The notes below the pieces were generated by a model, which saw only the letters and a program-made list of their open reading frames with translations, did not search any database and had not been told where the DNA came from. From Octopus bimaculoides (Eukaryota): a stretch of 64,000 nucleotides of DNA. Below are positions 12,768-25,659 of the stretch, one piece after another. Position 1 is the first letter of the stretch, and each line of letters begins with the position of its first letter. Made by a program: the position numbers and the translations under genes. Location of the stretch: contig NC_068984.1 in NCBI RefSeq assembly GCF_001194135.2, positions 34,451,621 to 34,515,620 on the forward strand, given 5' to 3'.

Positions 12768-13338
12768 ACACACACTTATACATACACACATAGACACACT
12801 CCTGCATGTACATGTACAATAAGACAGGTACAAAGACGAAGAAGCAAGGTTATGTTAAATAGCATGCAAGTTGAAGTCTTGGTTTATTTAAATTCTATCC
12901 ATCACCAAGGAAAGTGGACAAATCGCATGGTGCAACAAGTAGCGATTCCTAAAATTAGATGGAAATGAAGCACAACAACTAAGAAATCTCCAAATTTATC
13001 ATGCAATTAAGAAAAGACTAATTTTCTGACATCAAGAGGACAATCGTGGCCACACTTCTCAACCCACCATTCATCATCAGCTCAGCAATTGTCGTACAAA
13101 CACATTTATATATATACAAAATGAATCGAATGCAGATTTGGGTTGGAAATTTCCATAAAGGAAACGGTGAAAGTGAATCAGGCGTGTTACTTCAGAGTAA
13201 CCAATAGCATGTATTTGAGGAACAATGACGAATGTGAGAGTGACATGTAAATAATTTCTTGAATTATTTAAATTATTTGTTTCCAGGGAGAAAAGACCAA
13301 TCGCTTCATAGCGGTATGGTACCAATCCGAATAAGAAG

Positions 13339-14459
13339 GTAATTTCTGGTGGGGAGGCTTTGGTCTTGTGCAGCAATTAAAAATCCTTCAGTCTCTGCTT
13401 TGAGTCCTGAGCTTCTCAGCCATTGCTGGGATTTTTCTCTGTCTATTTCTTTCGCATTTAGTTTAGCCCAGTATTTACCATGTAGGGGCTTTTCTTGCCA
13501 TCGTTTTATCATGGTCCGTTTTAGTTTGGATTTCATTTGTTTTATAGCTTTTGTTGTTTCTTCCTCTTCTTCTTCGTATTTGTTAGGTAGATTGATTTCT
13601 TGTTTGTATTTGTCAGCTTCCTTAAATACTGAAAACAGTTTTTTGTTTTGCTNNNNNNNNNNNNNNNNNNNNNNNNNNNNNNNNNNNNNNNNNNNNNNNN
13701 NNNNNNNNNNNNNNNNNNNNNNNNNNNNNNNNNNNNNNNNNNNNNNNNNNNNNNNNNNNNNNNNNNNNNNNNNNNNNNNNNNNNNNNNNNNNNNNNNNNN
13801 NNNNNNNNNNNNNNNNNNNNNNNNNNNNNNNNNNNNNNNNNNNNNNNNNNNNNNNNNNNNNNNNNNNNNNNNNNNNNNNNNNNNNNNNNNNNNNNNNNNN
13901 NNNNNNNNNNNNNNNNNNNNNNNNNNNNNNNNNNNNNNNNNNNNNNNNNNNNNNNNNNNNNNNNNNNNNNNNNNNNNNNNNNNNNNNNNNNNNNNNNNNN
14001 NNNNNNNNNNNNNNNNNNNNNNNNNNNNNNNNNNNNNNNNNNNNNNNNNNNNNNNNNNNNNNNNNNNNNNNNNNNNNNNNNNNNNNNNNNNNNNNNNNNN
14101 NNNNNNNNNNNNNNNNNNNNNNNNNNNNNNNNNNNNNNNNNNNNNNNNNNNNNNNNNNNNNNNNNNNNNNNNNNNNNNNNNNNNNNNNNNNNNNNNNNNN
14201 NNNNNNNNNNNNNNNNNNNNNNNNNNNNNNNNNNNNNNNNNNNNNNNNNNNNNNNNNNNNNNNNNNNNNNNNNNNNNNNNNNNNNNNNNNNNNNNNNNAT
14301 TTTTCTAATCCGAAGTTCATTTCTATTTCCTTGGTAAAGCTGTGTACTGTCTGTAGTAGTGTTTCTAGCTCTTTGTCGTTTTTTGCATATAATTTTAGGT
14401 CATCCATATATAGAAGGTGGCTGACTGTTTTTCCATAGCATTTGTAACCGCATCAGTTC

Positions 14460-14460
<1 letters not shown>
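13339..14460 (-). mobile_element. R4/Dong-like RLE-type non-LTR retrotransposon fragment: RT C-terminal half and linker (contains the 13653-14298 gap)
   Basis: Minus strand: GYKCYGKTVSHLLYMDDLKLYAKNDKELETLLQTVHSFTKEIEMNFGLEK (YMDD catalytic motif at ~14410-14399), then RWQEKPLHGKY...SQQWLRSSGLKAETEGFLIAAQDQSLPTRNY ending at 13339, the linker typical of R4/Dong/Rex6 elements just before the CCHC finger. Confidence 0.9.
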
Positions 14461-14534
<74 letters not shown>

Positions 14535-15300
14535 CATCATCATTATTATTATTATTATTTTGTTTGACTTTTGATTCGCATTTGTACAAGCTGGGTCGAA
14601 GTCTCCCCCAGAGAACTCAAGATACAACAAGTTAAAAGTTCATGTTGATGTTATGTTTACAGTGCCATATATATTTAGCTTTGCGCATACTGTTGTTCTA
14701 GAGAATGTTTAAGAAAACATAAGAAAATTATGTGTTTGTTTTAAAATTTAAGATTACATAGTCAACATTTTACGTAAGATATGGGCAGTTCCCATGAGCG
14801 CTATCTTTTGAATTTCTGCCATTTTGGGGATTCCTGGTATTTGAGCTAGGTGGCAATCAGCCCATTTTGCTATCGTTCCTATGGTACCTATGACAACAGG
14901 GATTGTTTTAGTGTTGAGGTTCCACATTTTGCCAATTTCAAGATCTTTATACTAGCTCAGTTTTTGGGTCTTGACAGATACGTTTATATCGATTGAGACA
15001 GTGCTATCAATGAGAAGGCATGATTTTTTCTGAAGTCTTTCAATTTGATTCCTGGCCTATTTGCATCTATCATTCTGTCAGTTTGAATGGTGAAATTCCA
15101 GAGTAGAGAGATTTGACCATTTCCAAGCACTTGAGGTGCTTTACGTTCCCATCAGTTTTTATCATGGGGTAAGTCCAGGTTTTTCCAAATTACCCTGTGA
15201 ATATATTGTGCAACCCTATCATGCTTGTCGAGATACTTTGTAGGCGCAAGAATACTGCACATGGAGACAACATGATCAATGGTTTCATTTTGTTGTTGAG
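14461..15300 (-). mobile_element. 5'-truncated 3' end of an R4/Dong-like element: partial CCHC finger, RLE endonuclease, 3'UTR and (TAA)n tail
   Basis: Manual translation QQQNETIDHVVSMCSILAPTKYLDKHDRVAQYIH...LLWNFTIQTDRMIDANRPG...TIPVVIGTIG...ALMGTAHILRKMLTM* (stop ~14754-14756), ~200-nt 3'UTR, then (TAA)n/(TGA)n at 14461-14558; broken by stops and frameshifts. Confidence 0.9.
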
Positions 15301-15647
15301 ATCTCCAGAGTCAGAATGAGCATTCCCACCCAAATTTCTTTCCCCAATTTCCATGATCCTACTAAAACGTCAGCCAGATACAGCAATTGTTTCTGAAACA
15401 TACTTCTTGATACCAGTTTCCAAAGAAACTGGTATTGCACAGTATTTTATATTCTATTATCGCTTCTTTATTGACAAAGTAATTTTTTTTGTTTTGTACT
15501 AATTCCTGTTTTAAGTGTTTCGCACAAACGTTCGGAAGTAGTAACCGTCGGGCAATGTACTACTTTTATTACTCATAGAAAACATGTAAATTATAACGTG
15601 GTGTACGCACGAGTATATATCTTATCGATGAGTGCAAACACGCTTCT

Positions 15648-15662
15648 ACCTACCTACCTATA

Positions 15663-15740
<78 letters not shown>

Positions 15741-15823
15741 CCTATCTGTTTATCTATTTATATATACATGTGTGTGTATATATCTATATATGCGTTTGTG
15801 TGTATGTATTCATACATGTGTAT

Positions 15824-15911
<88 letters not shown>
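15648..15911. repeat. (ATCT)n followed by (CA)n and (TA)n compound microsatellite
   Basis: Directly visible. Confidence 0.9.
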
Positions 15912-15913
<2 letters not shown>

Positions 15914-18313
15914 CTTATGCATAGATGGTATACATGTGCGTACTTTAATATACATATGTATAGATGAGCATGCATGCATAAAATTATACATATGTGTGTG
16001 TGTGTGTGTGTATGCTTCTGTTATGTATATATACATTTATATATCAACACACAATTATGGAAATATATATGAATATGCACATAGACGTAATTTGAAACCG
16101 TGTGCATTTGTGTGTTGTGTAATAGATTACGTACATACGTAAATATAAGTTACTTGAAGACGATTAGACATGCGACGGATCGAAATGTAGTGTATAGTAC
16201 AAGAGAGAAAGACATCAAAGAGGAAGTTAATAGTTCAGGAAATGTAAATTATAATGGCAATAGCTCATCTTAGAAATGTCAACGTATAATAACATTTTCC
16301 TCAGATCATCGATAAAAGAAAATGGACAATGAAATATAAATGAAATGATATATAAAAACAAAAAAATATTATAATAATAACCAAAACAATAAAACAAAGA
16401 AAAGTGATTGAGACGCTGTTTCAGACAGTATGATTACGTCTTCTGGAAATGTTGTGTTGCTTAATTACTTAATTGGTAATCTCATGAATTGCTATAGATC
16501 TGTAAGTACAAGTAAATAACAAATACCTTGACGGTTTATTGCTTAAATATTAGTTAATTACACTGCGGAAGAGTCATGATAATCATTTCAAACACACTTT
16601 TAGAGTGTTTAATATTATTTGGCCCTGGGTCAGCTCTGATTGAATATGCGAGTGATAAAAGACAAGGGCATTTCTTCCGTGGTCATCGTGTCTCTTTCTT
16701 CAGAGATAATGTAAGTCTCTGTTTTGTAAGAACATTTGTAGACTACTCAATGACCATTTTGTTTTCTAACACGATTAAATTTAGTTTGATGGAAATTACA
16801 GTGCTATGTCTAACAGCTCGAATGACTGCGTAGAAGTTCTGTGCTTGTTCGTTTTACTTCTTTTATAATTTGGGAGTGTATTGTATACTATTCAGGGTCA
16901 CAATATTATACTGTACATCTACAAGTTAGTTATAAATCAGCGTATTATATTGAAACAGTTTGAGACTCAATAACTTTTTGAGAAGATAGTATTTGAGATT
17001 GGTGCAATTTCTTCATTTTAATATTCTTTTAAAGTATGAGTGACACAATGTCTTTATGGCAATATATTCATGACTATCTCTTCAAATTACCGTATGAATG
17101 AATTATACATTACTTCATTCTATAAGTTGGTGAAATATTCGTAAATATTTAAGTTATCTGAAAGGATTCAATTGCAACAACAGAAAGTACAATTACAACA
17201 TGCGTGACCTTTATCATTAAATAAACTCCACTACAACTAACATTTTTCTTTTCTGCCTGATTTTGACGACAAGGGCCTACTGCTCGAAACGATGACGTCC
17301 TCCTCCTAATTTACTTTGTAGTGCAAAACTAATTACCCTCTACTCGTAGAGTTTTTATTCTAGTTCGTTCCTGAAAATGTTTTGATATCATTGCCTTAGA
17401 CAGACATAGGTATCTCTTCAGATTAACACTTGATTGGATTCATATATAACTCCCTAGACTTTTGCCGGTATAGCCTCGATATTTTTCTTTGCCTTTATAT
17501 ACCGAACATACCAAGACTGAACAGATATAAACGAGCGCAGAATATTGTTACAAATTGTGGGTTGATCTTTCTTTAAGAATACCTTTATAGCAGTTATAAT
17601 AGATTTTGTTACAGGATTTCTACTGAACTCAGCAAAACAGACGCCAGCAAACCTAATTAGATTTCTTTTGATGTTCACCAAGTGTGTTTCCCTGTTATTC
17701 ATCCCCTATGAAGTCGATCAATATTTGCAAGCATTCAAGCAAGATAAACCTAAATCTATTCTTGGTATATAGTACCAAATTTCCTACTGTGTTCCTGCTT
17801 TTAGTAGGACATTCATTCGTGAAAGATTCAGAGCCATATTTAGTGGGCCGTGTAACCACGTAGATGCTCTCTTGTGTCTCTCGTAATAAGTTGTCACTTA
17901 AAATTTGCACTAAAACCAGCATCTTTGCACATTATTGGGTTTGGAAGAATACTAGTGAAAACGGAGAAAATGAATAGTTTTCAGTTCTTTGAATATTTTC
18001 AATCACCAAGTTGAATGAGAGATTGTATTTATTGCACGTGATAAAAGATCTTGTAAATTATAGTAAAATTTCATTTTGCACAAATACATTTTTTACACAG
18101 AGTAAGTTGCTAATGCGAAAATTATACTCAACAGCCAGGTTTAATTTTAGCGATAAATAATTTCCCGAAGTTGAAACAACTAGCCAAATTTTCGTATAAA
18201 CCTACCAGCTAACCGTTGACAGCAATTGGAAATTTACGTTTGCATATTTATTGCAGCTTTAATATTGATTTACGGAAGCGCATATTCCTACGTATTCACA
18301 TATATAATGCACA

Positions 18314-18352
<39 letters not shown>

Positions 18353-19675
18353 GCACACATACGCATACATAAAGCACACACACAGAAGCACAATATGTGT
18401 GTATATATATATGTAAACACACGCTCATACATGTGTGTGTTTTTGTGTGTGTATGTTTGTGTGTGTGTATGCATGTAGGATTGATATTTCAGTTTTCACA
18501 TAAGTACTGAATTTGCTTTCGCTATCATAACGTTGTAATGTTTCGGAAAGTTACATTGGAAAGTATTCTAAACGAAAATGAGAACATTACTACACAATTC
18601 TTGAGTTTAGTTCACCATAATCACAAGTTTTGTGATGAATACATTTCCCTTCTAAAAATTTGAAACATTTCTCCGTGAATAATTCTAGCATTTTTTTAAT
18701 GCTGCCTGTCTTGGAGTATATTCAAAACATGTCTTTGAAGAAACTGTCATATCTTACGAAGTACTAACATACATAGTGTCATTTAACCGAACACAGTAAA
18801 AACATTTCCCAATATGAAACTCATTTAATCAAACATTCACTTTACATTTCCAAGGATGATGTTCCACTTAAGGTTACACACTTGGTTGGTTTTCCAACAT
18901 GAAACCTTCCGTTAAAATGTATTAGCTGTTATAAGATTAAATTTATGGTATTCTATAAATAGTTCACACACTCTAACTAATATGTGAATATTTGATTTTT
19001 TCCGACTTAAGAAAATATTGTACTGAGTATGTATAAATATGTATATGTACATACACAAACAAGCACAGTGTACACACGAAATTAAAATTTAAAATTTTGG
19101 TTAAAGACGCTTACAACAACTAATGTAATCGACAAAATACGAACACGAATATTTCTGTCTCATCGCTCCACTTTCACCCAAGAAACTTAACGGTTTCCGT
19201 ACTGGGAAAATTTTGGTTTCCTTCATCTACTAAGAGCTACGTTTCACAGAAAAGAAAACGAATACGAGTCTTGTGACTGAAAATAGGTAGGGTGATAAAA
19301 TAAAATGTCCTGCAACTGAAAGCAAACCTGATGACAAAAGACTGACACAAAAATTTAGATCAAACAAATACAGATTATAAACGAGATTGTCTTTTGATTT
19401 AGAACGGCAATAAAGATGGAAAATATTAGATAAAGATTAAAAAAAGCAGTTCGTGTGAATATGGCTGACAGAAAGGAGTGCTGGATATGAACGTAAGAGG
19501 TATCTCAATACAGAGAAAAATTGTGAGACAGAGAGACAAGACAGGGTGAGAGAGGTACCAGATACAGGGACAGAACAATGATGACAGAATGGGATGATAG
19601 AACAAGAGAGGAAGACGGTTAGGAAAAGGGGAAAAACTGCGAGAGAAAGAGTGTGTGTGTGTGTGTGTGTGTGTG

Positions 19676-19722
<47 letters not shown>

Positions 19723-21047
19723 TTAGAAAGTATAGCAAGAAGAAGATAAAGAAGAGGGTCATGACAGAGCAATAGAAAGCTTGGTAAAGAGAACTATAGG
19801 TAAAATAGACCGAGAGAATTTATAATTTCTATCTACGCTAGTAATTTCCGTGCTTATTCCACATTGAATGTTAACACTCCATTTATTTGTTTCGGTTTTC
19901 TGCGTCACAATTTTTATGTTTTTAGTTGCAAGACTTGATATGTTTTGTCTTGTGTAAAACTTGACGTTTTCCAGATGAGGAATACCATCTTTTGTGGCAA
20001 CTGATAAAAATCTAGAAATTCTAGAATTAAAGCTGGCTATGAAATGAATTTATGCGTGTATGTCGTCTTTTCCGTTAGTCGTTGTACACGTCTTTCACTA
20101 ATATTTTGAATTTTCGGCCAACGCGGTCATATTTTTCACCATCGCTAATATATTTTTTTCTTTCTGTGATTCATATTATCTTTCATTTTATTTTATCCCC
20201 ATCTCTCTCACCACACACACACACATACACACATACACACCAATATACACATATATTTATGTACATATTGTGCTTTCATCTGACTATTAGTTCATCTATT
20301 TGTTCTATCTCGATATTTTACTGCCATTAATTTTTCCAGTTATGGCTAAATGAAAAGCAAAACATATTCCGACATAACATAATAATGTTTACCGTGTAAG
20401 TTATTTATGATATTTTTTTATTCACCTCATCGTTTGTTTTGCCTCATAATTGTATCAACGCACTTTATGGAGCTGATCACTTATATTCATTGATAGTCAA
20501 CATAACAAGACAACTTTGAAATTGCTAAATTAAGTGAAGTTGCTGAGAAATTATATTCATCATACCTTTTCGTTTTGAGTGTTGTGTCTAGTGTGTACTA
20601 GAAATATAGACAATTATCATACGCCAAGGTCTACCATACTGAAATGCTAGTTTGATCTAGATTTCCGACTTAATTTAATGTTCTCAGTTACGTTTACAAA
20701 TTTCTCTAACTATTATCCTTCACACCAAAACATACACATAAAAATTCAGACGCACTCACAAGTTCACAGACGGACATTTTGTCAGATTTCTTCGATATTT
20801 TTATCAAGAGACTGATTTGTATAAGAAAGCTACAATGCGGCGGTAATTGTTATGTTCCGTATCGCATCCAGCTTCATAAAATTTGATACACCTGCGTCTC
20901 TTTAATTGCTGATTTAGATGCAAATACTGGAAATGAATTTAATATTCCAAAGAATGTCATTTATACCTATTTTATTTCAGTCAGTCAATAAGCTGAAACT
21001 AAATAGTCGATCATATATTTCTTTGCATGTTATATACATACAAGTGA

Positions 21048-21272
21048 AGGTGCGTGGATTACTAGTTAGGGAGTTCGGCTCACGATCGTAAGATCAGTGA
21101 GTTTTATTCCCGGCGTATAAGTGGCTGAGCACTCCACAGACACACGTTAACCCTAACATAGGTTAAGGACACGCGTGTCTGGAGTACTCGGCCTCTTACG
21201 CGTTATTGTAAGGAGCAGGATATCCCGTTAAACGGATCAACTCGAACAGTCGTCGTCGTAACCGACGGATTG
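21048..21272 (+). mobile_element. Rearranged tRNA-SINE (third-family 3' module) with an internal inverted segment
   Basis: Decayed tRNA-like head 21048-21115; 21118-21157 is the reverse complement of the family motif gttaagggtacacgtgtctgtggagtgctcagccactt; 21162-21272 is the forward 3' module ending gtcgtcgtcgtaaccgacggattg. Confidence 0.75.
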
Positions 21273-21545
21273 TCTGTATATATGTATAAACATACATACG
21301 CATATACATATATATTGACTGGGCTGGGTGGAGGAGTTTGTCTCCCCCTCGCAAACATAAGGACACAGTAATTGTGTCAAGGCCGACAGGAAGCGGTCCA
21401 GCTTCCTAGGGCTAAACAACAGTAGTATATTCCCTTATTGGGATTGTCACATTGAGTTGACAATATACAACAACTTTATCGCATCACTACTGCTTAACTC
21501 TCTCTGAGAGATTTAGAAATATGATATTTCATATTTTGGTAACCA

Positions 21546-21618
<73 letters not shown>

Positions 21619-23208
21619 TACACAAACACACACACACATATATATATACGTATGTATGTATATGTATGCATTATGTGTATATGAATGTATGCATATGTGT
21701 GTATATATATTATACAAACTAACGACGCAACAAAGTCTCTATGTAGAAAAACAATTTACTAAATATATCAGTCAAGTGTCTCCTTAAACCTATTTTTCTT
21801 TGTACAAAACTGTTCCTTATATAAAAGGTGGCGTTGTAATGACTGTGATGATGCATTTGATCATAACTTTTCTCAATCAGTGGTTTTCTCGATCTGTGGT
21901 TTAACGTACTCTGATGCCATTAGTAATATACTGTATTTTCAATCAGTAACTAAAAAGCTTTAATATTCTTGTGTTCTTTCGTCTCCTGGAATGCATGTCG
22001 CCTTTCATATATTTATCTGTTATAAAACTTAAAGGAATGTGTCTTTTTTCCTGGACATAACAGCAGCTACAAAAGCAAGGATGAGATTAAAAATAACTGC
22101 GCTGATTATGAGCTTCAAGAAAGTATTGCTAATTTTTAAAATGACTTATCAATCTAAGCTTGATTTCATTGATTTGCGTCAATAAGTAAATATTATGCTG
22201 TAATGCAACGAAGTTTGAGGTGAAAATTAAAGAGTAAAAGTGTTAACACTCGCCTTTCATTACAAAGTTCATTGGAGGTTGAGTCTAATATTTAGCAGTC
22301 AGTCATAATTACAGATATATTCATTCATGATGACGCTACATATAACGTCATTCATTCTAAATTTTCAAGTAACAATTTTAATAAGCCTCACTGATGCCGT
22401 CTAACAAGATCGAACGGTACCGTTAGTTATTACCGCACGTTTAATACTTTTAATGATTAATTTCAATCTGTAGTGCGTTTAATTAATTTTTATTAGGAAT
22501 TATCTCCTTTCGTGAGTAGAATTAGTTATTTGTACAATGATCTTTCTCATCAATTTGCAGGTAATTTTATTACTCGAATTTCCATACTCACTGCAAGACT
22601 TTTACCATTAATTTTTCATGGAAATGGCGTTCCCGGAGTATCCCTTAAGTTAAAGGAGACATTGCAGCTGTGTTCGATTGTAAAAAAAAAAAACTTTGAT
22701 CAGTATTTTATGAAATTGTCATTAGGAACTATTTTCAATAGAAATGCGAAACTCAGTCATATAGTTATGATTACAGATATTTTAGAATCTGTGTTAAATT
22801 GCGTCATAAATATAATAATTTATTCTTTCTCATTATCTACGATTTTACTCCCAAACTCACACCCACATACGCACAGAGAATGAGGAAACGAGATAAAATG
22901 AGAGAGGAAGTGAGAAAGGAACAGAGAGACAGAGAGCATGAAAGCGAGAAAGTGAGAAGGAGTGAGAGATACAGTGGAGCAGGGAGAGAGGGAGAGAGAG
23001 AGATACAGAGAAAGAGCAGTTTCTACCCGCGGTAAAAACCGGTCAATGAATATTTGACGCCTTCTGTTCCTTGCTACAAAGCTAACAGAATAAAAGATCC
23101 ACGAAATAACTTTAATAAAAGCGTTGTGAGATCATGATTAAGATCAAATATATTGTTCTACTTTTTATGTTCATTTGGGGAGAAAAAGTTTCGAAGGGAA
23201 AAGACTGC

Positions 23209-23277
<69 letters not shown>

Positions 23278-23283
23278 TAATAA
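23209..23283. repeat. (TAA)n microsatellite
   Basis: Directly visible. Confidence 0.95.
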
Positions 23284-24309
23284 ATGAAACAGAAGCGCAT
23301 TTATTTGCTTTACATTCTTTCTTTTCACCGTTTTTGAAATTATGTGGTTTGTCGAATCAAATAAATACAATAAAATATTGTATTAACAACCTAAAAGAAA
23401 ATCAATATTTCATTATAATTTTTTGGTTTTTCAAAATACTTTTTTATATTGTATTTTCGATTGTTTTTCTATTTTTCTTTTAATTCGATATTTCAGATTT
23501 GATGTAAAACAAATCACTAACCAAGCATGCATAGTTCGGATCAAATAGATGAACTTTCTAGCAACATTCACCGTCTGTTCATTTGTTGATTTTTACCAGT
23601 TGCCCTAGCCCTCCAACCCATGAAACCTTTGTTTATTTAATTTCAATTTTTGTTTGAAACTTTTCTTTACACCCACACCCACCCAAGCACTACCATCACG
23701 AACTTCCTGGAGAATTCGGCAGATTGTTAGTTCTCCGAATCTAATGAGACATAGCGTTGGAATTTCATTTTTATAGGGAATTATTTTGATGTAATTTAAA
23801 TAACGAGAAAATATAGCGAAAAGTTATAGCAATTGTTAGGAAAGAGACTATATATTTTAGTTTGGGGAAAAAAAAGAATGACTACCACTGTATTTTCGTT
23901 TTTACTATTGTTAAATTGTATCATTAAAATTTATTTATTTATTCGTTTCTTTCAGTTTCATGAGAATAAGACAATGACTAAAATTAGACAATGACTAAAA
24001 TTGATTCGCTTTTCATTTTATGGCTCTTATATCGTGTTTTAAAATAACGCTTGTGGTACTGAACAAAGTTGGCTCAAGGCACCTTTTGTTCTATTTAGTT
24101 AAACTGAATCATAAATACTTTTATTTACACCTCAAACGTTGCTGCAATTTAACAATATATGTTGTTGCACTACCACTAGTACTTGTTCATGTAGCAGTGG
24201 TAGTGATATACGTGCGTGCATTAGCTGTAATAGTAACAGTGGCAGTAGAAACTGCAGCAGCGTAAATAACTGAAATTATAGTTCTGAAACAAAAATGTAT
24301 TGGTCACAT

Positions 24310-24568
24310 TGTAGTAGTAGTGGTGGTGGTGGTGGTGGGGTGTTGGTTACTAGAGTAGTAGTGATTGTGGTGATGGTGTTAGTAGTAGTAGTGGTAGTGG
24401 TGGTGGTGGTGGTGTTAGCAGTAGTAGTATTAGTGGTGGTGGTGGTGCTGCTGCTCGTTACTAGAGTAGTAGAGATTGTGGTGGTGGTGGTGATGGTGGT
24501 GGTGATGGTGGTGGTGATGATGGTGGTGATGGTGATGGCGGTGGTGGTGGTGTTAGTAGTAATAGTAT

Positions 24569-24614
<46 letters not shown>
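24310..24614. repeat. Mixed (GTA)/(GTG)/(GAT) trinucleotide array
   Basis: Directly visible; the poly-V ORF 24295-24642 is its read-through. Confidence 0.9.
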
Positions 24615-24615
<1 letters not shown>

Positions 24616-25015
24616 CATGTGTTGTCTCCCGGCTCTGGCTAGTACAGATTTAAATGATGCAGTGTTTAATTAAGAAGCAAAAGAGAAATTCTACGCCTCA
24701 ACTACAGAGTCCTGTGCTTTATCTTGTTGGTAGAAGTGAAATAAATAATAAGTTTAATTAATTTCTAACACAGACACAAAGTTTTGTGGTGGGAAATATA
24801 ATTGATTTTATCAGTCTTTTTATGCATAAATATATAGGCACCTTACTCACGACAGTGATATGTGAATTCATAGCTAACACGTCTTGCCACATCCAAACGC
24901 TTTTAGATATCTGAAATTACTTCTCTCTTATTCATTCTTATGACATTCTGTCTGATTCAAACGTGAATATACATGATTGTTATTGTTTTCCTTCGTAGAG
25001 AAATATCTCCTCACA

Positions 25016-25252
25016 GGGCGGCGAGCTGGCAGAAACATTAGCACGCCGGGCGAAATGCTTAGCGGTATTTCGTCTGCCGTTACGTTCTGAGTTTAAATTC
25101 CGCTGAGGTCGACTTTGCCTTTCATCCTTTCGGGGTCAATAAATTAAGTACCAGTTACGCACTGAGGCCGATGTAATCGACTTAATCCTTTTGTCTGTCC
25201 TTGTTTCTCCCCTCTATGTTTAGCCACTTGTGGGCAATAAAGAAATAGGAAG
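25016..25252 (+). mobile_element. Full-length tRNA-derived SINE (first family) with ~13-bp degenerate TSD
   Basis: Head ggcggcgagctggcagaaacattagcacgccgggcgaaatgcttagcgg, B-box-like gagtttaaattcc, A-rich end gcaataaagaaataggaag; flanking aatatctcctcac (25002-25014) / aatacttcctcac (25253-25265). Confidence 0.9.
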
Positions 25253-25619
25253 AATACTTCCTCACTTGAGATGGCGTTCGTGACATACACGACTCACTGC
25301 CATAAAGGGAGATGGTGGCAAATGTTTCCTCAGTTAAAGCTACCTCTTTTTATAGGAAATATAAATATATACTTGTTATAAAAATTGTCTATTCTTTAAT
25401 CATTGTATAGAGCTCCATTTTATTAAAAATATACTTATGATAGGAATTTATATCTGTATAAATTATGTCGACATACATGACATACATGTGTGCAAATTTT
25501 ATACATATATATTGTATGTGTGTTGCTTTTTATCGAATTATTTGCATACACACCCATATACGCCTGTATAATTATGTATGTAGGCAAACATATATGCCTA
25601 CCTAAATATAGCTATCCCC

Positions 25620-25659
<40 letters not shown>

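Noticed and set aside
16151-16199. Third hammerhead-like string (ttgaaga-c-gat...atc-gaaa-tg...ta)
   Set aside because: Core C3 altered, only 3-bp stems I and II, weak stem III; expected by chance in AT-rich DNA unless a family consensus supports it.
21318-21460. GC-richer segment ending ...cctagggctaaacaac, tested as an HDV-like ribozyme
   Set aside because: A P1-like pairing exists (gggctggg/tccagctt), but there is no pyrimidine L3, no P1.1 GG and no adequate P2 by manual folding; probably a repeat remnant.
23969-24002. Perfect 17-bp tandem duplication (agacaatgactaaaatt x2); similar 10-bp duplication near 34347
   Set aside because: Ordinary slippage duplications; two units do not make an array and they are not CRISPR-like.
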